From: an uncultured virus (IMG/VR IMGVR_UViG_3300028569_000010)
Lineage: Duplodnaviria; Heunggongvirae; Uroviricota; Caudoviricetes
Direction: 5' to 3' (one strand)
Virus record (IMG/VR): IMGVR_UViG_3300028569_000010
DNA: 64,000 nt
Positions 1 to 9,256 of the stretch are shown here, one piece after another. Position numbers and translations under genes: made by a program. The notes beneath the pieces are model-generated. The model was not told where the DNA came from. It was given only the letters and a program-made list of their open reading frames with translations, and searched no databases. How positions within the stretch are numbered: the first letter of the stretch is position 1; each line of letters begins with the position of its first letter.

Positions 1-1
1 T

Positions 2-853
2 ATATGGAAGTGTTGGACTAGAGATTGTCAGCATGATTTTAGTAACGATGTGTTTGGATTAATAATGGGCGCATTATCTAAAAAATATGGTTACAATGTT
101 GATTTTAAAGAAATGCTGAAATGGGTTAACGCAAATATAAAACAGTTGGACAATAAGAAAGTCAAGCAATTTAAAAAAGAAAACTTGGAAGAGAATGAAT
201 TTTTTGACATAGTGAGAATATTTAGCCCCAAAACATCACAATGCAACGATAACGTAATAGATTATGAATATACAAAACCGTCAAAGTACTTTATAAGTAG
301 AGGATTTCTGCCAAAGACTTTAGAGTATTTTAGTGTAAGCGATTATTGTAATCATGATGCTTTAAAAGATAGGGCTATAATACCAATACATAATAGCGAT
401 GGATCAAGCGTGGTAGGTCTACTGGGAAGATCTACAAAAGAGTATAAAGACCCAAAGTTTTTATTTTATCCCAGTGGATTTAACAAAAATCAGTATGTCT
501 ATAACTACCATAGAGCATATAATGAAATATGCAAGACTAGAACTGTCATTATAACAGAGGGACAAAGTGATATCTGGAGACTTTATGAGGCCGGTATTGA
601 AAATGTCATTGGGATTTTTGGAAAGTCTATTATAGAAAATCACGAAGAAATTTTACATAAGCTACCAATTACAAATATAGTCGTAGCCGCCGATAACGAT
701 CAAGCTGGCAATGAGTGTAAAATAGAAATTTTTCGCAAACTTAATCGTAGTTATAATCTTGTTTTTCCAAAGATATCAAACAAAGATCTTGGAGAGATGA
801 GTGTAGAGTTGATAAAAAGGGATTTCATTCCACAAATTAAGGGTTTAATATGA
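2..853 (+). CDS. DNA primase, DnaG-like (5' partial)
   Basis: The frame is open from the window edge (IWKCWTRDC, end of a Zn-binding domain). It has RAIIPIH..GLLGR, PKF, and TOPRIM motifs TEGQSD and ADNDQAG..KDLGE. Confidence 0.9.
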   Translation: MWKCWTRDCQHDFSNDVFGLIMGALSKKYGYNVDFKEMLKWVNANIKQLDNKKVKQFKKENLEENEFFDIVRIFSPKTSQCNDNVIDYEYTKPSKYFISRGFLPKTLEYFSVSDYCNHDALKDRAIIPIHNSDGSSVVGLLGRSTKEYKDPKFLFYPSGFNKNQYVYNYHRAYNEICKTRTVIITEGQSDIWRLYEAGIENVIGIFGKSIIENHEEILHKLPITNIVVAADNDQAGNECKIEIFRKLNRSYNLVFPKISNKDLGEMSVELIKRDFIPQIKGLI

Positions 854-1590
854 AGATCATAGGGATATCTGGAAGAAAACAGTCTGGAAAAAATACAGCG
901 GCCAATTATATCAATGGCGTAATCCTGAAGCAAAGAAACATGATAGAAGACTTCAAGATAAATAATGAGGGTGCTTTAGAGATATATACTACTAATAGTA
1001 ACGATCAAAAGGGATGGGGAATATTTGATGTGTGTAGAAAAGATAAAGAGTTTGTTCAATACGCAGATCATGAACTTTGGCCTTATATAAAAGTATATCA
1101 TTTTGCAGACGCCCTAAAGGATATGTCTTCTTCTTTATTTGGACTGAAAGCCGAAAATCTTTATGGTACAGATAAGCAAAAAAATTCTAAGACACAGATA
1201 CAGTGGAGAGACTTGCCAACTAACGAAAATAAAGATGGATATATAACATATAGGGAATTTCTAGAATATTTTGGCACCAAGATTATTCGTAAAATTAAGA
1301 ACGACGCTTGGGTTAACACCACCATTATAAAAGTATTTAATGAGAATTCTGACCTAGCTATTATTCCAGATGTTAGATTCCCCAATGAGGTTCAGGCTAT
1401 TAAAGATAACGGTGGTGCTGTAATAAGATTAACAAGAAATATATGTAAATCTACAGTAGAGTGTGAAAGCGCCTTAGATAAAGATAAGTTTGATTGGTCA
1501 ATGTTTGATCATGTAATAGACAATGAAAATTTCTCTATAACAGATACTTGTAGAGAATTAGACAAAATTAACCATATCTGGAAATCATAA
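850..1590 (+). CDS. Deoxynucleoside monophosphate kinase
   Basis: N-terminal P-loop IIGISGRKQSGKNT, FADALKD, and IPDVRFPNE, as in phage dNMP kinases. Confidence 0.85.
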   Translation: MKIIGISGRKQSGKNTAANYINGVILKQRNMIEDFKINNEGALEIYTTNSNDQKGWGIFDVCRKDKEFVQYADHELWPYIKVYHFADALKDMSSSLFGLKAENLYGTDKQKNSKTQIQWRDLPTNENKDGYITYREFLEYFGTKIIRKIKNDAWVNTTIIKVFNENSDLAIIPDVRFPNEVQAIKDNGGAVIRLTRNICKSTVECESALDKDKFDWSMFDHVIDNENFSITDTCRELDKINHIWKS

Positions 1591-2615
1591 TGCTAGTAAC
1601 ATATATAAGATCGTCTAGTTATAATAATTACGATTATTGCCAAATGCAATATTTTATTACGTATGTGCTTGGTCATCAATCAATAAGTGGCAAGAAAGCA
1701 GATATTGGCACAATTGTTCATAAAGCATTAGAGTTATTAGCATCGCTGAAAAAAACACATCAAGATAGTAATAATAAGACAAAAAAATTACTATTCAATG
1801 ATGACGCAGTAGGTAAACTTTCTATAGACAAGAAACATTTATTCTCAGATGATATAATTCCAGAGCTACTAGATAAAAGTTTTACTTATTATTCAGAAAA
1901 TTCTCATCACGACTTTACAAAACTTGATAAAGAAACGTGTGAAAAATTAGTTTGGTCTGCCCTTAAGTTTAATAACGGTCAATTTGATCCTAGAAATAGA
2001 GATATTGTGGCAGCAGAACCACATTTTGATATACCGATTGAGGAAGAGTGGGCTAAATATACATATAAACTATCAGACGGCCAAGTAGTAAATGGGCAAT
2101 TAGCAATAAAAGGCACGATAGATTTAGTAACAAAGGTTGACGAAAAGATTATTGAGGTTGTAGATTATAAAACTGGAAGAAGATTAGATTGGGCTACTGG
2201 AGCAGAAAAAGATTATGATAAACTATGTTCAGATCCACAGCTATTGTTATACAATTACGCGATTTCTAAGCTGTTTCCTGAGTACGAACAGGCTATTATG
2301 TCTATATTTTTCATTAAGGATGGTGGACCATTTTCAATGTGTTTTGATAAATCGGATCGTGATAAATTTCTTGATATGTTAAGAATAAGATTCAAAGATA
2401 TTCAGGAAAATAATAAGCCTAGACCAATATCAGAAGATAGAAGTAATTGGAAATGCACTAAATTATGCCACTTTTGTAAGAATAAGTGGAAGGATACAGA
2501 AGAAAGTATGTGTATTTATATAGACAACCACCTCAAAAAGTACGGCATGGAAAAAACTATTGCCAATTGCACAAGAGAAAACTTCAATATAGGCTTTTAT
2601 GAAGCGCCGGGATAA
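1590..2615 (+). CDS. PD-(D/E)xK exonuclease (Cas4/AddB-like, Cys cluster)
   Basis: GTIVHKALE, E..F, GTIDLV, VVDYKTG, QLLLY; N-terminal Cys plus C-terminal CTKLCHFC. Confidence 0.85.
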   Translation: MLVTYIRSSSYNNYDYCQMQYFITYVLGHQSISGKKADIGTIVHKALELLASLKKTHQDSNNKTKKLLFNDDAVGKLSIDKKHLFSDDIIPELLDKSFTYYSENSHHDFTKLDKETCEKLVWSALKFNNGQFDPRNRDIVAAEPHFDIPIEEEWAKYTYKLSDGQVVNGQLAIKGTIDLVTKVDEKIIEVVDYKTGRRLDWATGAEKDYDKLCSDPQLLLYNYAISKLFPEYEQAIMSIFFIKDGGPFSMCFDKSDRDKFLDMLRIRFKDIQENNKPRPISEDRSNWKCTKLCHFCKNKWKDTEESMCIYIDNHLKKYGMEKTIANCTRENFNIGFYEAPG

Positions 2616-2625
2616 GGAGAAAATA

Positions 2626-3600
2626 ATGCCAATACCAGAAAAAAAAGACAATGAAGAGAAAACAGCTTTTATGTCACGCTGTATGTCTGACAGCGTAATG
2701 AATAAAGAATATCCAAATGCCGATCAAAGGGTTGCTATTTGCGTATCAAAGGCTACAGAGTTTGCTGATAAAATAGAAGCTGCTGATTTTGAATTTAATA
2801 TCAATACATATGGATATGAAGAAGAAATCACAGAAGATAACTTCGAAGTGCCAGCAGAGGCAGATTATGTAGATTTTGGCGAAGAGACAGAAGAGTATGA
2901 TATTTCTGTAGCAAAGCCTGGACTTTGGGAAAATATACGCAAAAAGAAAGAGCGTGAAGGTAAAAACTATAAGCCCGCAAAGCCGGGAGATAAAGATAGG
3001 CCAAGTAAAGACGCTTGGAAGAAAGCTCAATCTGGCGATGGTGCAATGGCTGTAGAACAAATTCAGAAGATGCGCGACCAGTTAGTGGAAGTGATGGAAG
3101 TAATTATGATAGTTAAAAACTCAACTACGGAAATTGAATTTGAGGAATGGACAAAGGATATGATTTCTAAAGCAGAAATATATATTCAAAATGTTTACGA
3201 CTTTGTAAAATATTATGAGCCGGGAAAATATGAAGATGAGTATACCTCAGAAGCCAAATATCAATATAGAGATCCAGACAGTGGAGAAATTTATACGTAT
3301 AGAAAAAAGGGTTACTATGAAAAAGATGGCAATACTTTAATATACGTTGGAGAAGCAAGTGAATATCAAGGAAGAAAAGTCACTCTTAATAAGCCATTTA
3401 GGACTCCAAAAGGTCCAAAGAAATTTGCTGTTTATGTTAAAAATAATAGTGGAAATGTTATAATTGTAAGATTTGGAGATCCTAATATGTCTATTAAGAA
3501 GAGTGATCCCGCTAGACGAAAAAGTTTTAGAGCTAGACATAACTGTGACACAGCTAAAGACAAGACCACGCCAAGATATTGGTCTTGTAAAATGTGGTAA
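2626..3600 (+). CDS. Modular phage protein of unknown function (short basic modules with acidic linkers)
   Basis: SD AAGGAG precedes ATG 2626. Modules resemble those of phage hypothetical proteins: FMSRCM..QRVAIC, KPGLWENIRKK, VRFGDPNM..RRKSFRARHNC..YWSC. Confidence 0.7.
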   Translation: MPIPEKKDNEEKTAFMSRCMSDSVMNKEYPNADQRVAICVSKATEFADKIEAADFEFNINTYGYEEEITEDNFEVPAEADYVDFGEETEEYDISVAKPGLWENIRKKKEREGKNYKPAKPGDKDRPSKDAWKKAQSGDGAMAVEQIQKMRDQLVEVMEVIMIVKNSTTEIEFEEWTKDMISKAEIYIQNVYDFVKYYEPGKYEDEYTSEAKYQYRDPDSGEIYTYRKKGYYEKDGNTLIYVGEASEYQGRKVTLNKPFRTPKGPKKFAVYVKNNSGNVIIVRFGDPNMSIKKSDPARRKSFRARHNCDTAKDKTTPRYWSCKMW

Positions 3601-3602
3601 AA

Positions 3603-3612
3603 TGTGTATAAT
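3603..3612 (+). promoter_or_regulatory. TGTGTATAAT extended -10-like promoter motif
   Basis: Lies just after the upstream stop codon and 24 nt before the HNH start. Near-identical motifs recur upstream of other genes. Confidence 0.5.
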
Positions 3613-3635
3613 CCATTGAGTTCAAGAATATCGCA

Positions 3636-4211
3636 ATGGAGACAAACATGAATTGCCTAGAATGTGGAACTGATATTACAAACAAAAGAAAAAATACAAA
3701 ATACTGTAGCCTATCATGTTCTACAAAACATACAAGATCTAAAATATTACAATATGATTTACCACAAAATAATAAAAGATGTGGCAAATGCAAAGAAGTA
3801 AAAGATTTTTCTGAATTCAGAAAAAATAAAAATTCAGCTTTTGGATACTCATATTTTTGTAGACTTTGTGATAATCAGAGAGTTTATACAAGGGATAAGA
3901 GAAAAGTTTTGTATAATGCGGCAAAAAAAAGAGCAAAAGATAAAAATTTAGAATTTTCAATTACTCTTAATGATATAGTACTTCCAAAAAAATGTCCTAT
4001 TTTAAATATACAACTTGAATTTAATGAAGGAAAAGCTAAAGATAACTCATATTCTATTGATAGAATAAATAACCAAAAAGGATATATTAAAGGTAATATC
4101 CAAATCATTAGTTTTAAAGCTAATACAATAAAAAGTAATGCATCTTTACAGGAAATCAAAATGATATATGAGTATATGAGCTTGGTAAATAGATTGAACG
4201 ATAATCATTAG
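3636..4211 (+). CDS. HNH-family (His-Me finger) homing endonuclease
   Basis: N-terminal CxxC Zn motifs and C-terminal CPILNI..SIDRINNQKGYIKGNIQIISFKANTIKSN. Confidence 0.8.
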   Translation: METNMNCLECGTDITNKRKNTKYCSLSCSTKHTRSKILQYDLPQNNKRCGKCKEVKDFSEFRKNKNSAFGYSYFCRLCDNQRVYTRDKRKVLYNAAKKRAKDKNLEFSITLNDIVLPKKCPILNIQLEFNEGKAKDNSYSIDRINNQKGYIKGNIQIISFKANTIKSNASLQEIKMIYEYMSLVNRLNDNH

Positions 4212-4457
4212 TTAGAAAACTTAATAAATTTTTTGATCAACTCATGGGATCTAGAAACTGCGATAATAGGCGAACAGAGCTATAATAGCTTGATAGGAAA
4301 GGTGCTATAAGTGGGTCAATTATTTTTCTTTGTCTTATTAGTTATACTACTAGAGAGTAGTATTATTGTTTTGTCTTATTATTCTATGAAGTGGAGGCGT
4401 CAATCAAAGTTACGCCCCCTCTTTATAAGTTACAAATTTCTTAAAAAGGAGATAGAT

Positions 4458-4748
4458 ATGGGTTTAGTATACGAATTAATATGCGCCGCACCAGTAGATA
4501 ATGATGTTATGGAGCGCAGATTGACAGTAAAAATAAACGGCGCAGTAGTTGCTACAGACTTTTATGCTAACAATGTAACCAATTTAGGCGAAAGAACATT
4601 CGTACAGGGTGACAATGTTGTATTATCGCTTGTAGACGTAGACGATGTTGGTAACGTTAGTGAGCCAGCATTTTTAGAATTCGTGGCACATGATACAATT
4701 GCTCCGTCAGTTCCTGGGCTAGAAGTTAAGTTAGTTCGTGAAGAATAA
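4458..4748 (+). CDS. Small hypothetical protein, possibly Ig/FnIII-like beta-sandwich
   Basis: Strong SD AAGGAG before ATG 4458; the ORF track start of 4311 is also possible. VDVDDVGNVSEP..DTIAPSVP resembles the end of an Ig/FnIII domain. Confidence 0.55.
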   Translation: MGLVYELICAAPVDNDVMERRLTVKINGAVVATDFYANNVTNLGERTFVQGDNVVLSLVDVDDVGNVSEPAFLEFVAHDTIAPSVPGLEVKLVREE

Positions 4749-4750
4749 TT

Positions 4751-4786
4751 TTGTTTTTTTAGGGGGTGAAATATCCCCCCATTTTA
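4751..4786 (+). terminator. Putative intrinsic terminator
   Basis: GGGGGT-GAAAT-ATCCCCC hairpin (4762-4780) followed by ATTTT, directly after the stop at 4748. Confidence 0.6.
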
Positions 4787-4798
4787 TATTGAGGCTAT

Positions 4799-6379
4799 AT
4801 GTTGAATTGGTTTCCGTTAAATAATTATACTCATTACAGTTTGCTAAAAGGTTTTTCAAAACCAAAAGAATTAGCAAAGCTATGTAAAGAGAATGGATAT
4901 CCAGCTTGTGGTATTACTGACTACAAAACTATATCTGGATGCGTATCTTTTTATAGGGCTTGCAAAGACGTTGGCATAAAACCAATATTGGGATGTTCTT
5001 TTGATGAATATAATCTATACGCAAAGAATAAAGATGGATGGCATAATCTTATTGAAATTATTTCATCTATAGATGAAAATGGTAATATAGACAATAAGTT
5101 TGTTAAAACTATACTAAAGCAAAATAATCTTATTTATCTTGAGCATAGTGTAGATATACCAACAAGTTTTTATTGTTACAAAGATCAAGCTAATCTACAC
5201 AGGGTTTTGCTTTGCTCAGAATTAAAAACAACGCTGCCAAATATTGCAAAACAAATACGTAAAAATGAACTTGATAATAATATATCTCAGTTTTTTACTA
5301 ATGAAAATAATTATGTAATAGCTGGAAAACCATCAAGTATACTTGAAGATATTTATAACCAATGTGAAGACTATGATATATTGAATAAGCCAATCTTACC
5401 AAAATTTAAATGTCCAAATAATTTATCAGAAGAAGAGTATCTAAAAGAGTTATGCAGAAAGGGTTGGAAATCATTACTAATTGATAAAGGCAAAGTGTCT
5501 GATGAAGTAAATAAGCAAAAGTATTTAGATAGATTTAAAGAAGAGTTTGACGTAATAAAAAACGCAAATCTTTTTGGATATTTTTTAATTGTACAAGATA
5601 TAATAAAGCATGTTCATGATAGTAATTGGTTGTCTGGACCGGGAAGAGGATCGGCGGCTGGTTGTTTAATATCATATTTAGTCGGAATTACTCAAATAGA
5701 TCCTATTGAATTCGATCTTCTGTTTGCTAGATTTTATAACGCTGGTAGAAATACAGATGACCATATTTCTTTACCAGACATAGATATCGACGTTCCAGCT
5801 AATCATAGAGATGATGTTATCAAATATCTTAAAGATAAATACGGTAATGATAAGGTTAGTCAGATGATTACATTTGGAAGACTACAGGGTAGAAGCGCCA
5901 TAAAAGAAGTATTGAGAGTAAATGAAGCTTGCTCTTTTGCAGAAATGAATGCGATAACAAAAGTTATACCAAACGAAGCAGAAATATCAGATCAATTAGC
6001 AGAAATGGATGACGATGATAGATCTATTATTAGGTGGGCATTAATAAATAACGCAGACGAGCTTCAAGATTTTTGTAGAATAAATGATAATGGATCACTA
6101 GATGGAGACTATGCTGAATACTTTGAGCAAGCAATTAAGTTAGAGGGTACTTTTAAAACTCAAGGTAAACATGCTGCCGGTGTTGTCATTTCTAAAGAAC
6201 CATTACACAAAGTATGCCCAATGGTTAAGCAGAAGGGATCGTCAGAAAAAATTGCAGGATTAGAAATGGTAGACTTAGAAGCTCTAGGGCATGTAAAGTT
6301 TGATGTATTAGGTTTGACTTTACTTGACAAGATAATGTATATAGAATATATAACAAAAAAGGAACACGCACATGGCTAA
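4799..6379 (+). CDS. dnaE: DNA polymerase III alpha, N-terminal half (degenerate PHP + palm/thumb)
   Basis: YSLLKG, YFLIVQD, GPGRGSAAGCL, LLFARF, PDIDID, GKHAAGVVI, KFDVLGL. Confidence 0.95.
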   Translation: MLNWFPLNNYTHYSLLKGFSKPKELAKLCKENGYPACGITDYKTISGCVSFYRACKDVGIKPILGCSFDEYNLYAKNKDGWHNLIEIISSIDENGNIDNKFVKTILKQNNLIYLEHSVDIPTSFYCYKDQANLHRVLLCSELKTTLPNIAKQIRKNELDNNISQFFTNENNYVIAGKPSSILEDIYNQCEDYDILNKPILPKFKCPNNLSEEEYLKELCRKGWKSLLIDKGKVSDEVNKQKYLDRFKEEFDVIKNANLFGYFLIVQDIIKHVHDSNWLSGPGRGSAAGCLISYLVGITQIDPIEFDLLFARFYNAGRNTDDHISLPDIDIDVPANHRDDVIKYLKDKYGNDKVSQMITFGRLQGRSAIKEVLRVNEACSFAEMNAITKVIPNEAEISDQLAEMDDDDRSIIRWALINNADELQDFCRINDNGSLDGDYAEYFEQAIKLEGTFKTQGKHAAGVVISKEPLHKVCPMVKQKGSSEKIAGLEMVDLEALGHVKFDVLGLTLLDKIMYIEYITKKEHAHG

Positions 6380-7052
6380 TAGAGACTATATAATTTTTGA
6401 TTTTGAAACTGGATCTCGTAATCCTCATAAAACTCAACCCACACAAATTGCCGCAATAGCATTAGATGGTAGAGATTTATCTGTAAAAGGCACATTTAAC
6501 AGTGAGATCAAGCCATTACTAAATGACGAAGAGGCTATTGCTGCTGGGGTAGATCCAATCGAAGATGGAGCTTTAAAAGTAACTGGAAAAACTAGAGAAA
6601 AGTTAGGAGAGGCACCAGCATTAAAGTCAGTATGGAATAAGTTTACTAAATTTGTAGATCAATACAACTGGAAAGGTGAGCCATTTTTTAATCCTATACC
6701 AGTTGGATATAATATCATAGGATTTGATCTAATTATTGTAAATAGATTGTGTAAAGAGTTTGGCCCTTGGGACAAAACAAAGGATCAACCAAAACTATTT
6801 AGTAAGGTTTATAAAGTAGATTTAATGGATAATGTTTTTATGTGGACAGAAGCAGATCCTAGTGTTAGATCTATTAGTATGGATTCCCTAAGAGAAAAAA
6901 TGGGATTGAGTTTAGAAAATGCTCACGACGCTTTACAAGATGTAAAGGATACAGCTAACATATTTATTAAACTTTTGAAAACACATAGAGCGGTATATCA
7001 GAACATAGAATTTGATAAAGCTTTCGCTAATGGCAACTTGTATGTTAAGTAA
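6372..7052 (+). CDS. DEDDh 3'-5' exonuclease (DnaQ/epsilon-like)
   Basis: ExoI DFETG, ExoII GYNIIGFD, ExoIII HDALQD. Confidence 0.9.
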   Translation: MANRDYIIFDFETGSRNPHKTQPTQIAAIALDGRDLSVKGTFNSEIKPLLNDEEAIAAGVDPIEDGALKVTGKTREKLGEAPALKSVWNKFTKFVDQYNWKGEPFFNPIPVGYNIIGFDLIIVNRLCKEFGPWDKTKDQPKLFSKVYKVDLMDNVFMWTEADPSVRSISMDSLREKMGLSLENAHDALQDVKDTANIFIKLLKTHRAVYQNIEFDKAFANGNLYVK

Positions 7053-7377
7053 GATATGTATTTACTGTAAACAGAAAAAAAATGTAAATCAATTTCCTAA
7101 ACATAGCATGTACAAGGATAAGCTTGACATGAGATGTAGAAGCTGTATAAAAGAACATGCATCTATAAGAAGGGATTTACATAAAAAGGCACCAAGTAAA
7201 CCAAAATTATGCGAATGTTGCAAAAAGATTCCAATCAAGTGGTGTTTAGATCATGATCACGAAACTAATGAATTTAGAGGATGGCTATGCGAACGTTGCA
7301 ATACAGGACTTGGTAAATTGGGTGATAACATAGAAGGCATAGTAAGCGCATTGAATTATTTATTGGATAAAAAATAA
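7042..7377 (+). CDS. Endonuclease VII-family HNH endonuclease
   Basis: CECC..CLDHDHETNEFRGWLCERCNTGLGKLGDN. The ATG at 7042 is the likely start (ORF track gives 7012). Confidence 0.85.
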   Translation: MLSKICIYCKQKKNVNQFPKHSMYKDKLDMRCRSCIKEHASIRRDLHKKAPSKPKLCECCKKIPIKWCLDHDHETNEFRGWLCERCNTGLGKLGDNIEGIVSALNYLLDKK

Positions 7378-8936
7378 TGGAATATAATGATAAAAAAACG
7401 TGGAAGCTTTTTGCTGAAGGAAGAACTAAAGGTATTTTTCAGTTAGAAAGCAATCTAGGTAAATCTTGGTCTAAGAAATTGGCACCAAACAACCTAGAAG
7501 AACTTTCTGCATTAATAGCTATTATAAGACCGGGAACTCTTAAATCTATGCTAGATGGTAAGTCTATGACTCAACACTATGTAGATAGAAAGAATGGCAG
7601 AGAAGAAGTAACGTATCTACATTCAGCGTTAGAAGATATATTAAAACCAACATACGGAGTATTAGTATATCAAGAACAGTCTATGCGTATTGCAGAGAAA
7701 ATAGCTGGCTTCAACCTACAAGAAGCTGACGTTCTTCGTAAGGCGATTGGAAAAAAGAAGGCTGACCTTATGAATGAAGTCAAAAAATCATTTATAGCGG
7801 GTGCAGAGCGCGTTGGAATCGTTTCTAAGGAAGAGGCAGAGCAGATTTTCGGATGGATTGAAAAGTCATCAAGATACGCATTCAATAAATCACATAGTAT
7901 ATCATATGCAGCTTGTTCGTACTGGAGCGCCTATTATAAGGCTCATTACACAGACGAGTTTTTCTTATCATATCTATATCATGCTATAGAAAAACAAGAT
8001 CCACATCAAGAAATATATGAATTAGTTTCAGAGGCAAAACTGTTTGATATTCAGGTAGCAACGCCTAGTCTAAAACATTTTGAAGAAAAGTTTAACCTAA
8101 AAAATGGGAAGATTTTCTTTGGCATAAAAGATATTAAATCTCTTTCTGGTAAAACTGGAGACGCTGTAGTAAATGCAATAAGCTTAGTGGAAAAAGAACA
8201 AAAGAAAGCAATAACAGAATTTACGTGGCTAGAGATATTATTATATCTTGGTAGCAATATAGGTTCTACAGCATTTAAATCTTTAGCTTCTGTAGGATTT
8301 TTTAGGGATTTTAATGGTTCTATTAGTAGAACTAGGGCTTTATATGAATATGAAATTTTTAGAACATTAACTGCTTCAGAGCAAAAATGGCTATCAGAAG
8401 AGTATAATACGATGAAGTGGCCTAATTTATTAGAAGCCATTAAGTCGTTAGCACCACTAAAAAAACTTGGTGGAGGAACTAGCAAAAAAGAAAGACAGCA
8501 AGTTGTAGAAAATGAAATTCAATTGCTTCTTAATCCACCATACGGCCTAGAAGATAGTATTAAATGGATTATTGATCAAGAAATAAAATTTCTAGGTTGT
8601 CCAATAACACTAACAAAAGTGGAAACAGCTGATACATCTTTGGCAAATACTACATGTAAAGAAATTATAAATGGTAAAAAGGGTGCTAATATTTGCATAG
8701 TAGCAAACATAAAAGCAATATCAGAATATACTGTAAAAAACGGAGAATCTAAAGGACAAAAGATGGCGTTTTTGACTATTGAAGACGATACGTGCGCATT
8801 AGATAACGTTGTAGCTTTTCCATCAGTCAAAGAAAAATATAAGTATATTCTTTACGAAGGTAATAATTTAGTATTATGTTGTAATACAAAGGGTAAGAAT
8901 GATTCATTGATCATTGAAAAAATTATGGAGACATAG
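7377..8936 (+). CDS. dnaE: DNA polymerase III alpha, C-terminal half (fingers, HhH, OB fold)
   Basis: TKGIFQLES, AIIRPG, TYGVLVYQEQ, ADVLRKAIGKKK, YAFNKSHS, MAFLTIED. Confidence 0.95.
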   Translation: MEYNDKKTWKLFAEGRTKGIFQLESNLGKSWSKKLAPNNLEELSALIAIIRPGTLKSMLDGKSMTQHYVDRKNGREEVTYLHSALEDILKPTYGVLVYQEQSMRIAEKIAGFNLQEADVLRKAIGKKKADLMNEVKKSFIAGAERVGIVSKEEAEQIFGWIEKSSRYAFNKSHSISYAACSYWSAYYKAHYTDEFFLSYLYHAIEKQDPHQEIYELVSEAKLFDIQVATPSLKHFEEKFNLKNGKIFFGIKDIKSLSGKTGDAVVNAISLVEKEQKKAITEFTWLEILLYLGSNIGSTAFKSLASVGFFRDFNGSISRTRALYEYEIFRTLTASEQKWLSEEYNTMKWPNLLEAIKSLAPLKKLGGGTSKKERQQVVENEIQLLLNPPYGLEDSIKWIIDQEIKFLGCPITLTKVETADTSLANTTCKEIINGKKGANICIVANIKAISEYTVKNGESKGQKMAFLTIEDDTCALDNVVAFPSVKEKYKYILYEGNNLVLCCNTKGKNDSLIIEKIMET

Positions 8937-8937
8937 A

Positions 8938-9252
8938 ATGAATTCTTGTTTATTTACTGGATATTTAATAGAAGATCCAATCATGAGTAAAATGGATGGT
9001 GTCAGTCTAGCTGAATTTATATTGGTAGTATATTCTTATCGCAAAGCTAAAAGCACTGGCGAAAAAACTAAAATAGCAACGCATATATATTGCGAAGCTT
9101 GGCACACTGGTGCTGAAACAATTGCAAAATTTGCTAAAAAGGGAACTAAAATTACTATTAATGCAAGCGCAAGACAAGTAGAAAAGAATGATGACAGAAT
9201 AGTATTTAGAATTAACGAATTTGATATTTGTAATCTAGAAAATAGAGAATAA
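8938..9252 (+). CDS. ssb: Single-stranded DNA-binding protein (OB fold, short tail)
   Basis: MN..FTGYL..DP and CEAW..AETIAKFAKKG pattern typical of SSB. Confidence 0.8.
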   Translation: MNSCLFTGYLIEDPIMSKMDGVSLAEFILVVYSYRKAKSTGEKTKIATHIYCEAWHTGAETIAKFAKKGTKITINASARQVEKNDDRIVFRINEFDICNLENRE

Positions 9253-9256
9253 TACT

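Noticed and set aside
1590..2615. Cas4 as part of a CRISPR-Cas system
   Set aside because: No repeat-spacer array or other cas genes are seen; stand-alone Cas4-like exonucleases are common in phage replication modules.
4390..4425. Weak GGAGGCGT..ACGCCCCC hairpin
   Set aside because: Short imperfect stem with a long loop; not enough to call a terminator or ncRNA.
6340..7400. Split intein or group I intron interrupting dnaE
   Set aside because: There are no intein terminal motifs on either half, and the interval is fully occupied by two overlapping ORFs with no room for a structured intron core.
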